A stretch of 64,000 nucleotides of DNA, taken from Lingula anatina. Its lineage: Eukaryota; Animalia; Brachiopoda. The translations under genes and the position numbers were made by a program. The stretch covers positions 8,556,001 through 8,620,000 of the forward strand of contig CM120645.1 in the NCBI GenBank assembly GCA_051362555.1. Direction: 5' to 3'. Below the pieces are notes generated by a model. That model saw only the letters and a program-made list of their open reading frames with translations, made no database searches and was not told where the DNA came from. Below, piece after piece: positions 63,859-64,000 of this stretch (position 1 is its first letter; every line of letters starts with the position of its first letter).

Positions 63859-64000
63859 ATGGCTGGTAAACCCGTTGAGAATTTGACTTCAAGATTACAA
63901 ATTGAGGATCAAGATGTGGACCCTAGACCACGTCAACTGGCATTATGGATAGATGCAGAATCCGAATCTTCGTCGCAGCAATCGTCCAGACCGGTAACGC
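63859..64000 (+). CDS. Array copy 3, start of exon 1 (window-truncated)
   Basis: ATGGCTGGTAAACCCGTTGAG... identical to the start of copy 1. Confidence 0.8.
   Translation, partial: MAGKPVENLTSRLQIEDQDVDPRPRQLALWIDAESESSSQQSSRPVT

Larger units (their letters stand above)
56158..64000 (+). repeat. Head-to-tail ~2.8-kb gene-containing tandem array (units start at 56158, 58978, 63304)
   Basis: gggca(c/a)aatttaaaaagc at each unit start. Unit 2 is longer by the 1.5-kb insertion. Confidence 0.9.

Overview
AT-rich, intron-rich animal (invertebrate-type) genomic DNA; no prokaryotic genes, RNA genes or CRISPR arrays are seen. From left to right: (1) a decayed, internally deleted non-LTR retrotransposon (- strand, ~0.7-1.6 kb). 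(2) Two tandem minus-strand paralogues of a small 3-exon secreted protein gene. The intact copy (11281->7479, ~217 aa) has a signal peptide, an EGF-like exon, and a single-exon beta-rich module resembling bacterial PPC-like/T9SS-cargo domains. The second copy (4168->~2089) is truncated in exon 3. (3) A giant + strand gene (36 recognisable exons, 16097-54476, ~3150 codons) encoding a long Cys-rich CPxGxYC (GCC2/GCC3, Ephrin_rec_like) array, 11 EGF-like exons (most with the Ca-binding consensus) and a C-terminal uromodulin-type D8C domain. It carries one apparent frameshift at ~32675, several tandem duplications of its own exon boundaries, and a nested same-strand discoidin (F5/8C) gene in one intron. 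(4) A head-to-tail ~2.8-kb array (2 full copies plus the start of a third) of a 4-exon coiled-coil gene of no family I recognise, ending in RRRNRVHP; copy 2 carries a 1.5-kb fold-back insertion. Introns and spacers contain many MITEs and minisatellites. All gene models were read by eye from GT-AG boundaries and phase continuity; family names come from motif recognition, not database searches.
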